DNA of 64,000 nucleotides from Perna viridis (taxonomy: Eukaryota), in NCBI GenBank assembly GCA_037379345.1, contig CM074517.1, positions 21,948,001-22,012,000 on the forward strand. The letters run 5' to 3'. Positions 13,178 to 26,554 of the stretch are shown one piece after another. The notes below the pieces were generated by a model. That model saw only the letters and a list, made by a program, of their open reading frames with translations. It did not search any database and had not been told where the DNA came from. The number at the start of each line of letters is the position of its first letter. Position 1 is the stretch's first letter. The position numbers and the translations under genes were made by a program.

Positions 13178-13396
13178 AGACATCATTTGTCAACAAATAG
13201 TCAAGAGAGAAAATTAAGTGAAGGAATTGCACTTGAGGGAAATGTATTTCATTTGTAGTTACGTGCAAGAGAGTCTCATGGTTATTGAAATGGATGAAAT
13301 AACAATGAAAACTTATGTTAAATTGAAGTTTGTTGTTTCTTATTTTGTTTGTTTTTGTTTGTTTTGATATAGTTAAGCAAGTTAATCATTTATTTG

Positions 13397-13520
13397 AAGT
13401 CATTCTATCATGCCATATGTTATTTTAGTCATTCAATCATGCCACATGGTATTTTTAGTCATTCAGTCATGCCACATGGTATGTTCAGTCATTCTGTCAT
13501 GCCACATGGCATTTTTATTC
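13397..13520 (+). repeat. 30-bp minisatellite, ~4 copies, in the presumed TUT1 3' UTR
   Basis: Unit approximately TTTAGTCATTCAGTCATGCCACATGGTATT. Confidence 0.85.
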
Positions 13521-13775
13521 ATATCTTAGCATTAATGTCAAATAGGAGCACACAAGAATGTAAAAAGATCAGAGATGTTTTTTTTTACATAACTTAACAA
13601 AGCATGTACATTTGGCAAAATAGCAGCATATTTTACACCAGAGGACATGAATTTGAACTTTTATTTTCATTTTATATACATGTGTGAATATCTTTAAATT
13701 TTGCTTCTTGAGCTTGTACATATGTATTCATGTATAAAATTCTGTGCCGGTTTTGAAACCTGGTAGTCTTCTCAA

Positions 13776-13836
13776 ACAATCTGATTAAAATCAGCTGTTA
13801 GTATAATATCCTAACAGCTGATTTTAATCAGATTGT
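13776..13836. mobile_element. 61-bp palindromic micro-MITE with 8-bp target-site duplication
   Basis: Perfect 26-bp arms (ACAATCTGATTAAAATCAGCTGTTAG and its reverse complement) around a 9-nt spacer, flanked by the direct repeat CTTCTCAA at 13768-13775 and 13837-13844. Confidence 0.8.
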
Positions 13837-14814
13837 CTTCTCAATATTTCACCAACATTTAATCACCTTCAGTCTATGTTTCTGAAAAATCCTTCAAGTT
13901 GTTCATGTATTGTCATGTCTGAATGTTATTATTTAAAAAATAAAGGAGATTTATGGATCAACAGTTTCATAAATATTGTAAAAATAGTACTGTCACTTTT
14001 GCTTGAAATAAAGTAGTGTTCAATGTAAGCTGCTAAGATTAAATGTTGATTTACATCATTCTTTTCTTTGAAGAAATCCATGGTCAAAAAGTTGTGTTGG
14101 TGTCCTTAGAAACTTCTGAAATAATGAATGTGATTATGAACATTGTAGATATATTATTACTAAATAGGCAGTCATTGTGTCAGTCTTAAGTACTCAAACA
14201 TGTTTCCTCTTTCATTTATTTCTAAGAGTATGTCAAGACAGGTTTATTTTTTTTCTTTTTATTATTTTTGGAGGAAGGACTTAATCACACTGCCAAGACA
14301 CTACTAGTCATCGTTGGCGTGCTAAGAAATTTCTGTAGTGATTAATGAACTATAAACAGAACAGGTTGACATCCTAGATCAAAAGGAAATAATTCAATAG
14401 CATGTCATATTAGAGGTAGAGGTAGTTTGCTTGAAAAGCAGGAGATTTATTGTGATCATGGTGTCCGTTCGTCCGTCCCCTATTCTAATTCAAGTTTGAG
14501 ATGGATGTTATAATAATTGAGGATGATATACGCCTTTCTGTACATGCCACTTAAGGCATATTATTGACTGTGAATGTGATAATTGAAAATATCAGTATCT
14601 TTCAGCTATAATGATAATTACATTGCAACAAAACCCACTTCGTAATTATACTCGTAAATTGCAAGAAAGATAATATGACGTCATCTCATTAATGAGGACG
14701 AAGAGAAATCAAGAGAACCAGGATTTCAATGGTATTTATAAAGAACATAATCCAGGGAAAATGAATAGACACGTACAACAAAGAATTTTACATGAAATAA
14801 CCAAAGTAACGTCC

Positions 14815-15075
14815 ATATACAGAAAAACAAGTACTATCTTTAAAAACGCAGTAAAATTTGCCCTTTTAATTATAACTGTCTACATTTCATTCAGGAAACA
14901 ACACATGGCACGCAATCTTAATTTTCGATACAGTTTTTTTTTTCGGACGCAACTAGTTATCAGTACTTTGCCAATCGGGGAAATAGAATTGCGATCAGGT
15001 GACATGCGTTCCCATGGAAGAGCGTCTTTAAGGTGAAAGGGTGAAAACCGAAACTACCAAGTGCGTCGGAAAAAT
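14815..15075 (+). repeat. Dispersed repeat, unclassified (copy 1 of 3)
   Basis: Shares CTACATTTCATTCAGGAAA...TTGCGATCAGGTGAC...GGAAGAGCGTCTTTAAGGT...GCGTCGGAAAAA with 23515-23765 (+) and 26555-26680 (-). Confidence 0.75.
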
Positions 15076-15446
15076 AAATAGCAATCATTTCTCATTTGCC
15101 ATGGATAGATTTCTTCCTTCGACTACCACATGTTTTACAGGTGTTAAGCAGAAGACAAATAACTTGAATAATGGTGATTGAAATCATTCAACACATTAGG
15201 CTTTAAATAGGAAGTTGAAGGTGATGGATGCAACCGATCAGAATTGAAGTACCAAAACGGGATATGAACATGGATTTTGAAAAGATAAATACTACTGCTT
15301 ATCAATTTGATTTAAAGATGTGACTGGTATGAAAATGAAAATCGTATCAATAGATCTTTATATTATTATTATTAGTTATAACACAATCTAATTTAAATAG
15401 GAAATTATTTCGCTCCACTCCTTACAAATTATAGCACTTATCCCTT

Positions 15447-15544
15447 TAGATACGAAAACATAACCCCCTCTTTACACACACACTACGCTCCGTGGGGCCT
15501 AACCCTCACGGAGCGTAGTGTATGGGGTTACATTATCGTATCTA
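15447..15544. repeat. Palindromic mini-element / hairpin
   Basis: Core ACACTACGCTCCGTG-GGGCCTAACCCT-CACGGAGCGTAGTGT, inside imperfect outer arms TAGATACGAAAACATAACCCC / GGGGTTACATTATCGTATCTA. Confidence 0.7.
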
Positions 15545-16480
15545 CTATCCTTTGTGTTCTTCGAAGGACTTTGCTTTCATTGTTACCCGATGTGTTGGTC
15601 AGTATTGGATCTTTACGCCCTTTATTGAATATCCTTTCGGGTCTCGCACGTATGATAACACCAGGGACTTGAAAAATAGGTGTATAATAAAAAAAAATTT
15701 TTAAGAGGCCAGAAGGAGACTCGATATTTTTTCAAGATGACAAATGTATCAGGTACCATGGTCGGTGGGGTCATATAGATTTGCTAGATCTTGATAAACT
15801 TTAATAATTGAAAGAGAATACAAATACGTGGTTCATCTCCCGAGGCGAAACTAGTCGACGGAATAAAAAAAAATGCGCAAGACAACCGTCGCATACCACT
15901 AGGTATCCACTTCAGCTAGGTGTTCTCTTCTACAAGAGAAAATATTTCCATGATTTACTTTATATGATTTGATATATTTCACTCTTCGCCAACACTTCAA
16001 TTCATTATAATCTATGTTAGTATTTCAAACCAAAACATTAAATAACATTTAGACATCTGTCTGGCTATTAGTTAAAACTGGGGCTAATAAAACTAACTAT
16101 AGTTTTATTTAATACAAGGTTAAGACATGTTGAAAAGATGCTTATAATATTAGACAACAAAGTCGTAAATCTTTAGAAGTGAAACTGGAAGATAATAAAT
16201 GCTTGCATAGCTACACACTGCTCAAGGTGGAATCAACAGAATAGAAAATAATAACTACATTGATTCCCATGATCGACTGATTGCCCTAACCATATACAGA
16301 TCATAATTAAAAAATATATAAAGGCTTTATATGTAATTCTATTTGCCGATATTTTCAAGACGAGATTTCATTTGAAACTTATTACACTAGAATGAACGCA
16401 AATTTACATTGTCAGACCGCAATGTCTGCTATTTTTGATAGTGAGAGCAAGTCTCTGTGGTCAGATTTCCAATTTTAGCA

Positions 16481-16668
16481 TCCGCTATATAGATTTTATG
16501 TTTTATCAATAAATAATCCACGATTTTGTCATCTGTCCCTACGAGCTTAAAATAAGAACATACCGAATCTGCCTCCAGATTTGACCTCCACGAAATTGAC
16601 AAAGAGGGAGGCAGCTTTCAACTAAGCTTTAAGACAAACGCGACGAATTTGAATCTTTAAATTATAAG
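16481..16668 (+). mobile_element. Degraded Penelope-like reverse transcriptase fragment
   Basis: Reading across frameshifts gives RYID..LSINNPRF..ELKI..TES..DLH.EIDKEG..LSTKL*DKRDEF, collinear with the RT at 53246-53880. Confidence 0.7.
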
Positions 16669-17159
16669 TTAAAAGCATTGTTATTTTTCGTATGAAAAAC
16701 CAGGCGATTCGTCGAAAGTTTGTGGAAAAGAAAGTCACATTTTCATATTCAATTCGATAGTTTATTTTTCGGTTCCACTAGCAGAAAAGGATTTTACAAC
16801 CGGAATAAATGAGTTCAGGTAATTAGAGAACTTGAAAACTTGTAAGTTAATAATTCAGACCAAAATACGCAGATGTGTTAATCATAACCTCACGAAATAT
16901 GGAAAAGTAAATGACATGATAGTACTTTTGTATAGCAAATTCTAAAGTTACCCGACATGAAATTAGCCTTAAGCTTATCCTCTCACATTAGGTCGTGATG
17001 AATGCGAGAGAATCTATGACATTAAGAAGTAAAGTGACAATTACACTCGCAAGCACATCATCACATAATCTCGCATGACATTATCTACATTTAGTCACAA
17101 AAAAGTCGCATCAAATTGGAAATCTCTTCAATTTTAGAATAATTAGAAGTTCAATGGAA

Positions 17160-17500
17160 ACATCCGCAGAACACGTCTATCAATTAGTAAATGCTCAGAT
17201 GGGCGTGTCTAATGAGTTTCTTCAGCTAGCTGTGCCATCAATCTAACTGGTTGTTGGAGCGTGGTCCTTCGGTTGAGAAATGGTTCCATTGGTTCCTGTA
17301 TAGTCCCTCTATCCAGTAATTGGTTGCATAGTCGGCGAAAGCTGTTACGTCGATGTCTTCTGCGTTTTCTAATGCACTGAACCGTGTCTGTTGGGATAAG
17401 TGGACGAACGGCTGCTCGTCTCACGAAAAGTCGTAGGTCGTCGTTCTCTTTGTAGACTGTTGCGAGTCCAAGTTTCTGTGTTCGCCGCCAAATACACTAA
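17160..17500 (-). mobile_element. Mutator-like (MULE) DDE transposase relic
   Basis: The - strand translates as CIWRRTQKLGLATVYKENDDLRLFVRRAAVRPLIP, then a frameshift, then FADYATNYWIEGLYRNQWNHFSTEGPRSNNQLD*WHS*LKKLIRHAHLSIY. This fits the WN...RTNNxxEGWH...HPxIY C-terminal motif of animal MULE transposases; in-frame stops show it is dead. Confidence 0.8.
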
Positions 17501-20440
17501 GTATTATGACATACGGGATTCGTCGGCAGTTAGTCTATTACGTTTTCGTGGTCTGGGTTGATGTCAATGTACTGAACGTAGTTTAGCTCTTTCTTATAGT
17601 TTTTATAATCGGTTTTGGTGTGGTTTCTTTTGGTACATTTCTGTTTTAATCGAATTGAATACTGCCTTGGCTTGTACTTTTGTAGACGATTTTAATAAAA
17701 TTATATTGCCTAAACAAATTTTAAATTAATTCATTTTAAAGAATTCAAATAATTACCTTAAAAAGATAGAAATATATTTTTAAAGATATTAGTTGCTTTA
17801 ATATTTGACTTTTTTTACAAAAGCAGAAAAAAACTAAAAAAAGAAACATCACATTATTATTATATTATTATGTCTCTAGTCAATGATGTCATTAAAAAAT
17901 ATCATCCAATCTTTTTATTGGAAAAAAGGTAAAATACAGGTAAATTTAAACTCTTTTGAGAACCCAATAATCCCTAATTTTAATTGATGTTCTTTTAGTC
18001 TAATAATTAAATGTTGGAGAAACGTGAACACACCCATGCCGTTCGCCTAGTGTACAAAAGAGCCTACAGAAAGACTATAGAAGCTGAGGCAATCAACCCA
18101 TCAATCGACTGTTGATTGCTTGTTTGCCTCGTCAGTGTTCTCACGGTACATAGTCATAAATGGATTCTTGTGAATAAAAAGGACTCTTTCAGAATCGCGT
18201 GCAGGACATTTACGGATAATTTCCTGAAAACCAATGTATGTTCTCTAACCATTGGTATGTTTTGTATGTAAATATTTCTCATATTATCATATTCTATATA
18301 TGTCAGACAGTAGTTCGACGGAACCTTCCGATCATTCATTTTTTCCCTAAAATTTATAGTAATAAAAGAGCTTCGGGTAAATCTAGATAGCATGTTGATT
18401 TTATAATGACACAGGTGATCTTAGATCAAAATATCGAATTCAAATGAGTATTCCTAGTCAGTTCATGATTTTTGTGACTTTGTGGCATTTTTGTCATTCG
18501 GTGCGAAAAATTACTTCATCTTAAAGAATCTGTTGCCAAGTTTTTATTATTATGAGGTGTTTTCTTAAGAATCAGTAGATTTTTTTTAATGGAAATGGGT
18601 AAGATCATCAAGCAAATACTGTAAGTTACAAGTAAGGAATATTAAACAAAAAATATTAAAAGATGTAAATGTGTATGATAAAATCGATATGAACTCCGAA
18701 GAGATTGATGGACCTTGCTTTGTGCATACTTAATTGGATGACTTATAGAAAAATATACCTTCATTGGGCTAAATAACATGTAAAAAACTTCAATTTTCCG
18801 TGAAATAAATGGTTTCTTTCCTGTGCTATAATTTATTGTTGATTTGTACTGTCATCAGTTCCGTCTTCCCAAAATAATCCGAAAATGTCCGCCCCGTGAC
18901 CCGAAAGAGTCCTTTTTATCCGACAGATTCCTTTATGGCTTTGTTCCAATTCCGATTCCAATTTAAGAAATATGCTGCGTCCTGTACTCGCATGCTTACG
19001 GTTGAAAAAACGGGCCGAATCCCGCCTACGAAAAGGGGATGTATACCTCGGGGTTATACCCTCGTGTATGAAATGAAACCTGATGCTTACAAAATCTTAC
19101 TTGAAATGATATATTTACTTTTGTTTATTTCTATAGATGTTCCCGTTGTAAGGGTTTCCTGTCTTTATTATATTACTCCTCTTGTGACATTGATGCATAA
19201 GGCTGACAAGCGGGAACCGAATCAAGGCACGCATGCCAACCGACTATTGCAGACCCCGGATGATCAACAAATATCAAAGGTGCTTACTCTCGGTCCGTGA
19301 ACTGTCAGTCAAGCAGAAATACACCAGAAAATATTCAGCCCAAAGCATAGTCCATTACACTATTGAGACACTGACATTAAAACTTTTTTAATTTGTCATT
19401 GTATAATGTCAACGGCCAAATATATAAGAAAATCGTGAACACCTAAGCAGGTAGTTAGTCATAGTGTGCTGTGAAGTTGCTGAGCTCTTTATTGTAGATT
19501 TTGATGTCCAAATATTTTGAAACATTCAAATATCTTTCAATTCTGCTTTCTGAATAAATTTAAAACATTTCAATTGAATATTAGTATTGTAGTTTGAAAT
19601 TTCCAATGCATTTAAAAGGAACCATGTTTGTTGTAATTAATTTATCAGTGTTTTGTTGATAACAAAAAAAAAATACATTATACTGATATTCTGGATTTTA
19701 ACAAGGACACAAAGGTTTATTATCAGAGGCCATTGGACTGCTGTTTTATATTAATCAGTGTCGAACCTGTCAATATTTGAAGAGAGATAACATTAAGTAC
19801 AACGTCCCCGTTCCATTGATATAAATATACCATATCAACGACGATATGACAAAGTTGGGTGCTAACGATCTTGAATTTAATGGAAAATAAATGTTTCCAA
19901 TGGTCAATTTACTTACACGTCGAGAGAAGTATATATTTTTGTTTCATTTTTGTTTTGAGCAACGACCTTCACAGAATTAATTGTACTGTTTAAAATTCCG
20001 ATTAATAGGTTCCAACAGGAGAAATGTATTATGATGTAAATTAAATTTAGCGAAAGAAATAAGATTGGAATGTCCAATAGGCAAAAATCTAGAATAATTA
20101 TTGTTGATGTCAGTAACGTACCATCCGATCGGGCATAGGTCTTTGTCAGGATGAACGTTAACCTTTGTTATGTCTTTCATGCTCTGGTACCCCTCTGACC
20201 ATGGGCCTATGACCATAAAAGGCACTGTAAGCGTTATACATGTTGATCTAAGTTTATTCATTGAAAAGCTATTTAATATTAATCCATAACAAACAGGATT
20301 ATTTCCTTCTTATATTTAAATCGAATTGATATAAAATGTTGATAGAGTACATTTGTTCATAGTAGAATGTAGAAACTCGTGAATACTAGAAGTTGTCAGA
20401 AAAAAGTACTGTTCTTATACACGAAGTATACAGACACAAA

Positions 20441-22141
20441 ATGGCTACAGGTCGACTCGCTAAAAACATTACCGAGGACTACCTTACTTGTTCAATTTGC
20501 TTAAATAGGTTTCGAGAGCCTAGGACACTTCCATGTGAACATTCATTTTGCCTAGTGTGTCTCGCTGATCATATCAAAGACACACAAGTGAACGAAACAT
20601 TCTGTTGTCCAATGGACAGATTGGAAATCAAAATACCAGAACATTTTACTGATCACTGGGAATGTGCAAATTCATTTGAGAGCGATGTACTTCTGTCTGG
20701 ACTGATTCGGGCTTTGACTGAAAGTATTGGTACAGCAGGAGCAACAGAGAAGTGCCGAATAGATGAAAAATACGAATTCTTTTGTTTTGGATGCAAATCT
20801 GTAGTTACAGCTGAAGATGCGGTTGAAAAACACAGAAGGTCGACGTGTGACTGTGTGAGCCTTAAAAAGGCTTTGAAACGTTCAATGCCTCAAATTGCAA
20901 CTTTGAACAAAAATCTTGAAGGTATGGTTGTTAAGACTAACAAACTAAGACAAGAATCACAACAACGCACAGAAACTGAAGCAAACAAAGAAGCTTTGAA
21001 CGAAATAGCTAGTTTTGAATCAAAATTAGACAATTTTTATAATCAATGCAAAGCTAATCTTACATCTCTTAAGGTAAAGCTACAAAATACGGATTCTAAT
21101 GACACTGAAGAAACATTAAATAGCATATCATCCGACGTTAGAAAAAAATATGATAATTTTAATGAAACTATGGACAATGAGAATGTTGAATCAATTCTAA
21201 AAATGTATGTGGAGATTTCAGAAGAAATTCCAGCTCTCCAGAAACGAATTGACGAAGTGCCGAAGTCGTTTTCCCGACGGAATAGTTCAAAGTTCGTTCC
21301 CAACGACGACCTGCTAACGATATTTGAAAAGAAAGTCAACTGTGGTCATATTCATACTATAGAGCTGAGTAACTTCCAAGCCAGATCAGACCAAGTTGCC
21401 TTTAATTATTATGATGTAACGATCATTGGGAGGTATTTGGTCGTTGTTGATGGTGAGAATGGCCTCCTGAAACGGTACTTGAACGATTGTACGTATGTCG
21501 ACAGTCTTCGTCTGTCTAATGTCTGTAGAATAACAGCTCTAGGCGAGGACGAGGTTGCTGTAACCCGATTCGGTAAGAAGAAAATAACCTTGGTTTCAAT
21601 AGGTCGTAAAATGTACGTCCGGAGTCACATTCGGACTAAACGGTCATATATTGGGATAGCTTGGCTAAATGACGGTGGATTTGCAGTTTCCTATTACGAT
21701 GGAGAATCACCTCCAGGAATCGAAGTGATAAGTAATGAAGGGAAACTTTTAAGATCTATTTCTGGCCAACCACATCCAAATGGCGGAAACCCACTTTTCG
21801 TCTGCCCCATGTTCATGACAACAACGACTAGTGGTGACATTGTTGTGTGCGACTATAGCGATACCAAAAATATCTTCTGCTTCAACCAACATTTGGAACC
21901 CCTCTGGTGTCACTCTCTCGAGTCTATGCCATGTAGTGCGACGTGCGATAGATTCAGTCTTTATGTGACACTCCCAGAGCAGAATGAAATTATTGCATTG
22001 TATCAAGAGACAGGAGAAAAAATACGAACGATAGTTACGGAAACAGACGAACTTGATAGACCGTATGCCACAAGTTGGTTTAATGGGGTGTTGGCCGTAA
22101 CGGAAGACCAGTCGGACAAAATTCATTTGATTCATTTATAG
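20441..22141 (+). CDS. TRIM-NHL-like putative E3 ubiquitin ligase (RING, degenerate B-box, coiled coil, beta-propeller), intronless CDS, 566 aa
   Basis: First ATG at 20441 (ACAAAATGG). RING: CSIC...LPCEHSFCLVC...CPMD. B-box-like segment: CRIDEKYEFFCFGC...KH. Then a heptad-rich helical region and NHL-like blades (CPMFMTTTTSGDIVVCD; LDRPYATSWFNGVLAVTE). Confidence 0.88.
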   Translation: MATGRLAKNITEDYLTCSICLNRFREPRTLPCEHSFCLVCLADHIKDTQVNETFCCPMDRLEIKIPEHFTDHWECANSFESDVLLSGLIRALTESIGTAGATEKCRIDEKYEFFCFGCKSVVTAEDAVEKHRRSTCDCVSLKKALKRSMPQIATLNKNLEGMVVKTNKLRQESQQRTETEANKEALNEIASFESKLDNFYNQCKANLTSLKVKLQNTDSNDTEETLNSISSDVRKKYDNFNETMDNENVESILKMYVEISEEIPALQKRIDEVPKSFSRRNSSKFVPNDDLLTIFEKKVNCGHIHTIELSNFQARSDQVAFNYYDVTIIGRYLVVVDGENGLLKRYLNDCTYVDSLRLSNVCRITALGEDEVAVTRFGKKKITLVSIGRKMYVRSHIRTKRSYIGIAWLNDGGFAVSYYDGESPPGIEVISNEGKLLRSISGQPHPNGGNPLFVCPMFMTTTTSGDIVVCDYSDTKNIFCFNQHLEPLWCHSLESMPCSATCDRFSLYVTLPEQNEIIALYQETGEKIRTIVTETDELDRPYATSWFNGVLAVTEDQSDKIHLIHL

Positions 22142-23514
22142 ATTTCACAATAATGTGTTGTTTAGTTGATTTCATAAAGGGTTGTTGTCCGGTGAATTGT
22201 CGATTTACTTCCCTAAGCAATTTAGAAGGTTGTAAGGGCAAGGAACTTCTTACATACATGTCATTATCCTATGTTACTAGTTTGATTCGATTTCACATCC
22301 CATTATTGTATGAAGAAGTAACGAATTTAAGTGAAAGCGTACTGAATTCGCTTAGTATGTAATTAGAGTAGAAGGATTATTGACTCATTTCCGTAAATTA
22401 GATTTATGAAAATATTAGGAGATGAAATATCCTTTTAAATCATTAATACATTTGGGTAAAACAAACGTAGAGGTTAAAGTCGCACATTAAAGGGATAATT
22501 GTGATGAAAACACACCTAGAGACTATGCCTCCACGTTTTCATTTGGTTGCTCATTTACTTGATTATTTTCTGTGTATTGTCTCTCAAAGTCTCTATTCTG
22601 TTTGCAATTTTATCTGATTTCCTTCTCGATTTTGGTTTTGAGTTATGTATATTGCTCTTTGATTTCTCAGGTTCATTCTCACAGTCTGCGTTTACTTAGA
22701 TATGGGTTTGAAATCAATAAAACAAAATATATAACAAAGTATACTGATTTACAACACTGGTAGTTCAGGAGATGCATTTCTCCTATATGTAAATTACCGA
22801 AAAAGGATGTTATAATTACCGGTTTGAGTAACATAATTATGTTAAAATATCATGTTAAATTTATTCTCTCTGTAACTTTGTTATAGTTTTAAAGAAATAA
22901 AGTACATGTATTTGTATTCGTATTCGGTAGTTTGAGTTAAATAAAAAAAAAAATCTTCATTTTTGTAAAAATCTTTAAGGAAAACATTCTACTCAAGATT
23001 CAATACAGTAAGGGGACAACCATTTGATTCTAAGGGGACCTGCCAAATTTTTGGCGGTCAAAATATTTATTTATTTATTTTTTTAATTTCGCGCATCAAA
23101 AAATTTCTTTTCAACCGGGAAATGATAATCTATTTCAGTTTCACTGTATGGTGTCTGAACAAGCCATATATTTTTTTTTATTATTTTCTGGGAAATTTGG
23201 ACAAGAATACTTATTTTCAACTTTTTCGGGTCCAGAATACTTATTTCCTAAAACTGCCAGCCACATCTCCCCCTTCGGAATCAAATTGTCGCCAACTAAT
23301 TCTACGGATTAATCACAATTCTTATGCCGTAAATCATCTCACAACTAAACCCTGAATCGAGCACCTGCCTAAAATCACTTTGCTTCTTTTTCAAGTTCTT
23401 TCCTATCAGTAAAACCATCTCGGTAAACTATACAAAACATCTTATCCTGGAAAACTTTGGTATAGAAAGGTTCATTATGACGTGAACTCCAAGTTATTGT
23501 AATAAGATTAACAA

Positions 23515-23765
23515 GTTCTATCTTTAAAAAAAGACAGCCGACGCAGAAAAATTTGTTCTTTTCATTTATAATTTTCTACATTTCATTCAGGAAATAACAC
23601 ATGGCATGCAATTTCAATTTTAGATATATTTTTTTTTCAAACGCCACTAAGTTATCAATATTAGGCCAATTGGAAACCAGATTTGCGATCAGGTGACTTG
23701 GAAGAGCGTCTTTAAGGTCAAATTGTAAAAAGCGAAACTATTCCGAAACTGCGTCGGAAAAAAAT
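23515..23765 (+). repeat. Dispersed repeat, unclassified (copy 2)
   Basis: Similar to 14815-15075. Confidence 0.7.
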
Positions 23766-26554
23766 CCAACATTAACACTCAAGTACGTTTATAATTGATG
23801 CAAACCTGATATGATCGGGAAATCCGCATTTATATGTACATACGATCATTTAGTAAACACAAGGAAGAGCTCCAATGCTGCAATCAACTAACATGAACTC
23901 CTATTAGACGATAGAACATACATTCAGAATTTGTCAAAAATATCAAATCTTACATTTATATGTGATCCGTACAACACAATTTTTGTTGTTATACATGTAT
24001 ATAATTTCTAACACAAGAATCAGTGAGATTTTTTTTTCTTCGTCATTTTGTATCTTGATGGGCTAAAGTAATCTTGTTGAAAAACGGTCATGCTTGTCCT
24101 ATACATTTATCTGAAATAGAAGGTATTTGGATTTTTTTTTTAATTTTTGCAGCTTAATGCGAGTAAAACTTCTGATGAACATAATAATTTACCAAATGAC
24201 CTTCATCAAAATGCGTGGGTCTAAACAAAATAGAGTCGTTGTCAAACCTATCACCTCCACTTAAGAAAATATATCGAACATTTACAAAATAGGTCAGTGA
24301 TATTAATAAATCGCTTTAATGTAATGCTTTGTCGTGGTAAGGACGTAAGGGTTTCGGAATGATAACTCGGATGTGTCCAATGTAACTATATAACATATTT
24401 TTCTAACCTCAATCACGTTACATCCGAATACCATTGCCATATATATGATCTCCTTAATTCGTTTTGTAGACATGCACTCTGTTCGAGATTACTTTCTCTG
24501 TTACTGCATATGAATATAACGAGAATGGATATGGTAAACATGTCAAAGACACAACAACCCCACCGGGATTAGGTAAATCGCCAATTTTAATGAGAAATTG
24601 ATGTCGTGAAAATTAACTTCCTTGTTCTACGTTATATAGAAGGAACAGTCCTTCTGCTACTAGTTTTATGTGTTAGATGCTACTCTCTTTAAACTAATTA
24701 TCTTTTATATATGTTTCGCAGCTGTCATGGTTTACATGCTTTTAAAATGTGGTGAGTTATAAAGGAACAACTTTCCCAATTCCTTTGGATATAATTGAAA
24801 TCTGGTATCCTTGATAACCCAGAATGATTTTTTTCAAGAAATCTTACTTTATTTCGGATTGTACCTGAAAAAAAGTTGAAATGAAAAAGAAAACTAATTG
24901 GTGTTCTTTTTCATCTCAGAAAAAACACAAATTCCAACAAAATGAACACTTATCAAAACTAAGAAGAATGAGAAACAAGGCCACTAAGCACTACCAGTAG
25001 TACTACATTTCAAAAGTCATGCTATGGTGCAAAAATATACAAACTTTTTTACTGCACTTACTGAACTTACGTATGCAATGATGCACAATTTGATTCGAGA
25101 TGAACGCGAACTCCAGGGTTAAGACATTAATCAAGACTTTATAAAACAAATATTGATGACACACTGGTACAGATAAGGTGTTACCCAAGATAAATTTTGA
25201 CAGTTCGCCGAAGGTTACCCATTGCAGATTGTTCGTATTTTAACCCAATGATCAATATTATATGATGTAGGTTTGACCTATTCACTATTTTGGAACACAT
25301 AAAAGCAGTGGGAATATGCACAATTCCGTAGTTTTTCTGATTTTTGTTTGTTCTTTGTTCCGATATTCAGGTAGGTAAATGAATTAGAATGCTAGCGATG
25401 TAATTAGAATTAAAAATGATAATTTGAGTGCTGGAATATAAAAACAACACAAAAATAATTCGGAATGATAAAACAAAAAGCACTCTGAAATAAAAAAAAA
25501 TTATATATAGCGAAATCTTTATTTATTTATTTTTTTTTGCCTGTGTATAGGTCATTCAGCTGAATTATAACAGGTATTTACTAGCTACACCTTAATTACC
25601 AAAACGGAATGTAAATATTTTTCGACAACTTATCATATTATTTTAGAGAAAGCTTTTATAAACTCATAAACCCTAACTTGGGTGCCACAAGTTACGACAT
25701 GAATTCGTTTCTTTCTTTTGAAATAACTATCAAACTAGCAACATCGACTTGCTTTTTCATTAAACATTTTCTGACTAATTGATGAGAGCAAGATAAAAAC
25801 AACAACAAGAAAAGCAAACAAACAGTAAAAAACTTAAAATTGAATGAAAAGTAAGATGATTTATTTCATACAAAGAGACTACTTAGGCCTGCAAGTTTTA
25901 GTCTTAAGCCGTCTTTGTGTTCATAGCCAATTGTGAGCTAATTTATAAAAAATCAAAAATAAAAAAAAACAAAAACAAAAAAAACAAAAAACACGGGCGA
26001 CTGTAAAGGTATTTCAGATGAAAGGATGTTTTTTTAAGCTTTTCTATGTTCGCGTGTTGGTGACCTCTTGTATCGTCTTGGAACTTCACACCCGAATTAA
26101 GGATATGCTCTACGTTGGGCGCGCAGTAGCAATATTTCAAATAAAATTCACTGTTGATATATTTAAAGACTTAGTGTGTTCATATTTTTTTAACTAGCTT
26201 CACTGGATGTTGATTAATCATGGCGGAGACAGTCCTTCCGTTAATTCTTATAACACATTAATAGTCTATCATCGATTTGAGCTTAGAGCTGTTGATTTAT
26301 GAATGCTAGTGTTATTATACCGCGTCTACTACCGCATAACTCAAATAGTCGTAAAAGTCAGTAATTTGGATTTGTGAAAAAAATAAAATAAAACGTCTAA
26401 AATTATTTTCTGAGTATTTCCCATAAAACTACTAATTCCGATTCTTGTATTCGAATGGTATTTATATTCCTTATATTCCACAAATGGCCCTTATTGTTAA
26501 TTATAAGTACATCGTTTGTTACTCGGAATATTTTGGTTTTATTTGTTTAACTTA

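Noticed and set aside
13397-13520. CRISPR-like direct repeats
   Set aside because: The 30-bp units are contiguous with no unique spacers and the DNA is eukaryotic; this is a minisatellite.
18896-19300. 134-aa ORF upstream of the TRIM gene
   Set aside because: GTG start, no recognisable motif, and it overlaps repeat-like sequence.
20393-20440. N-terminal extension of the TRIM ORF shown in the ORF track
   Set aside because: It begins at TTG; the ATG at 20441 has good context and sits at the usual distance before the RING.
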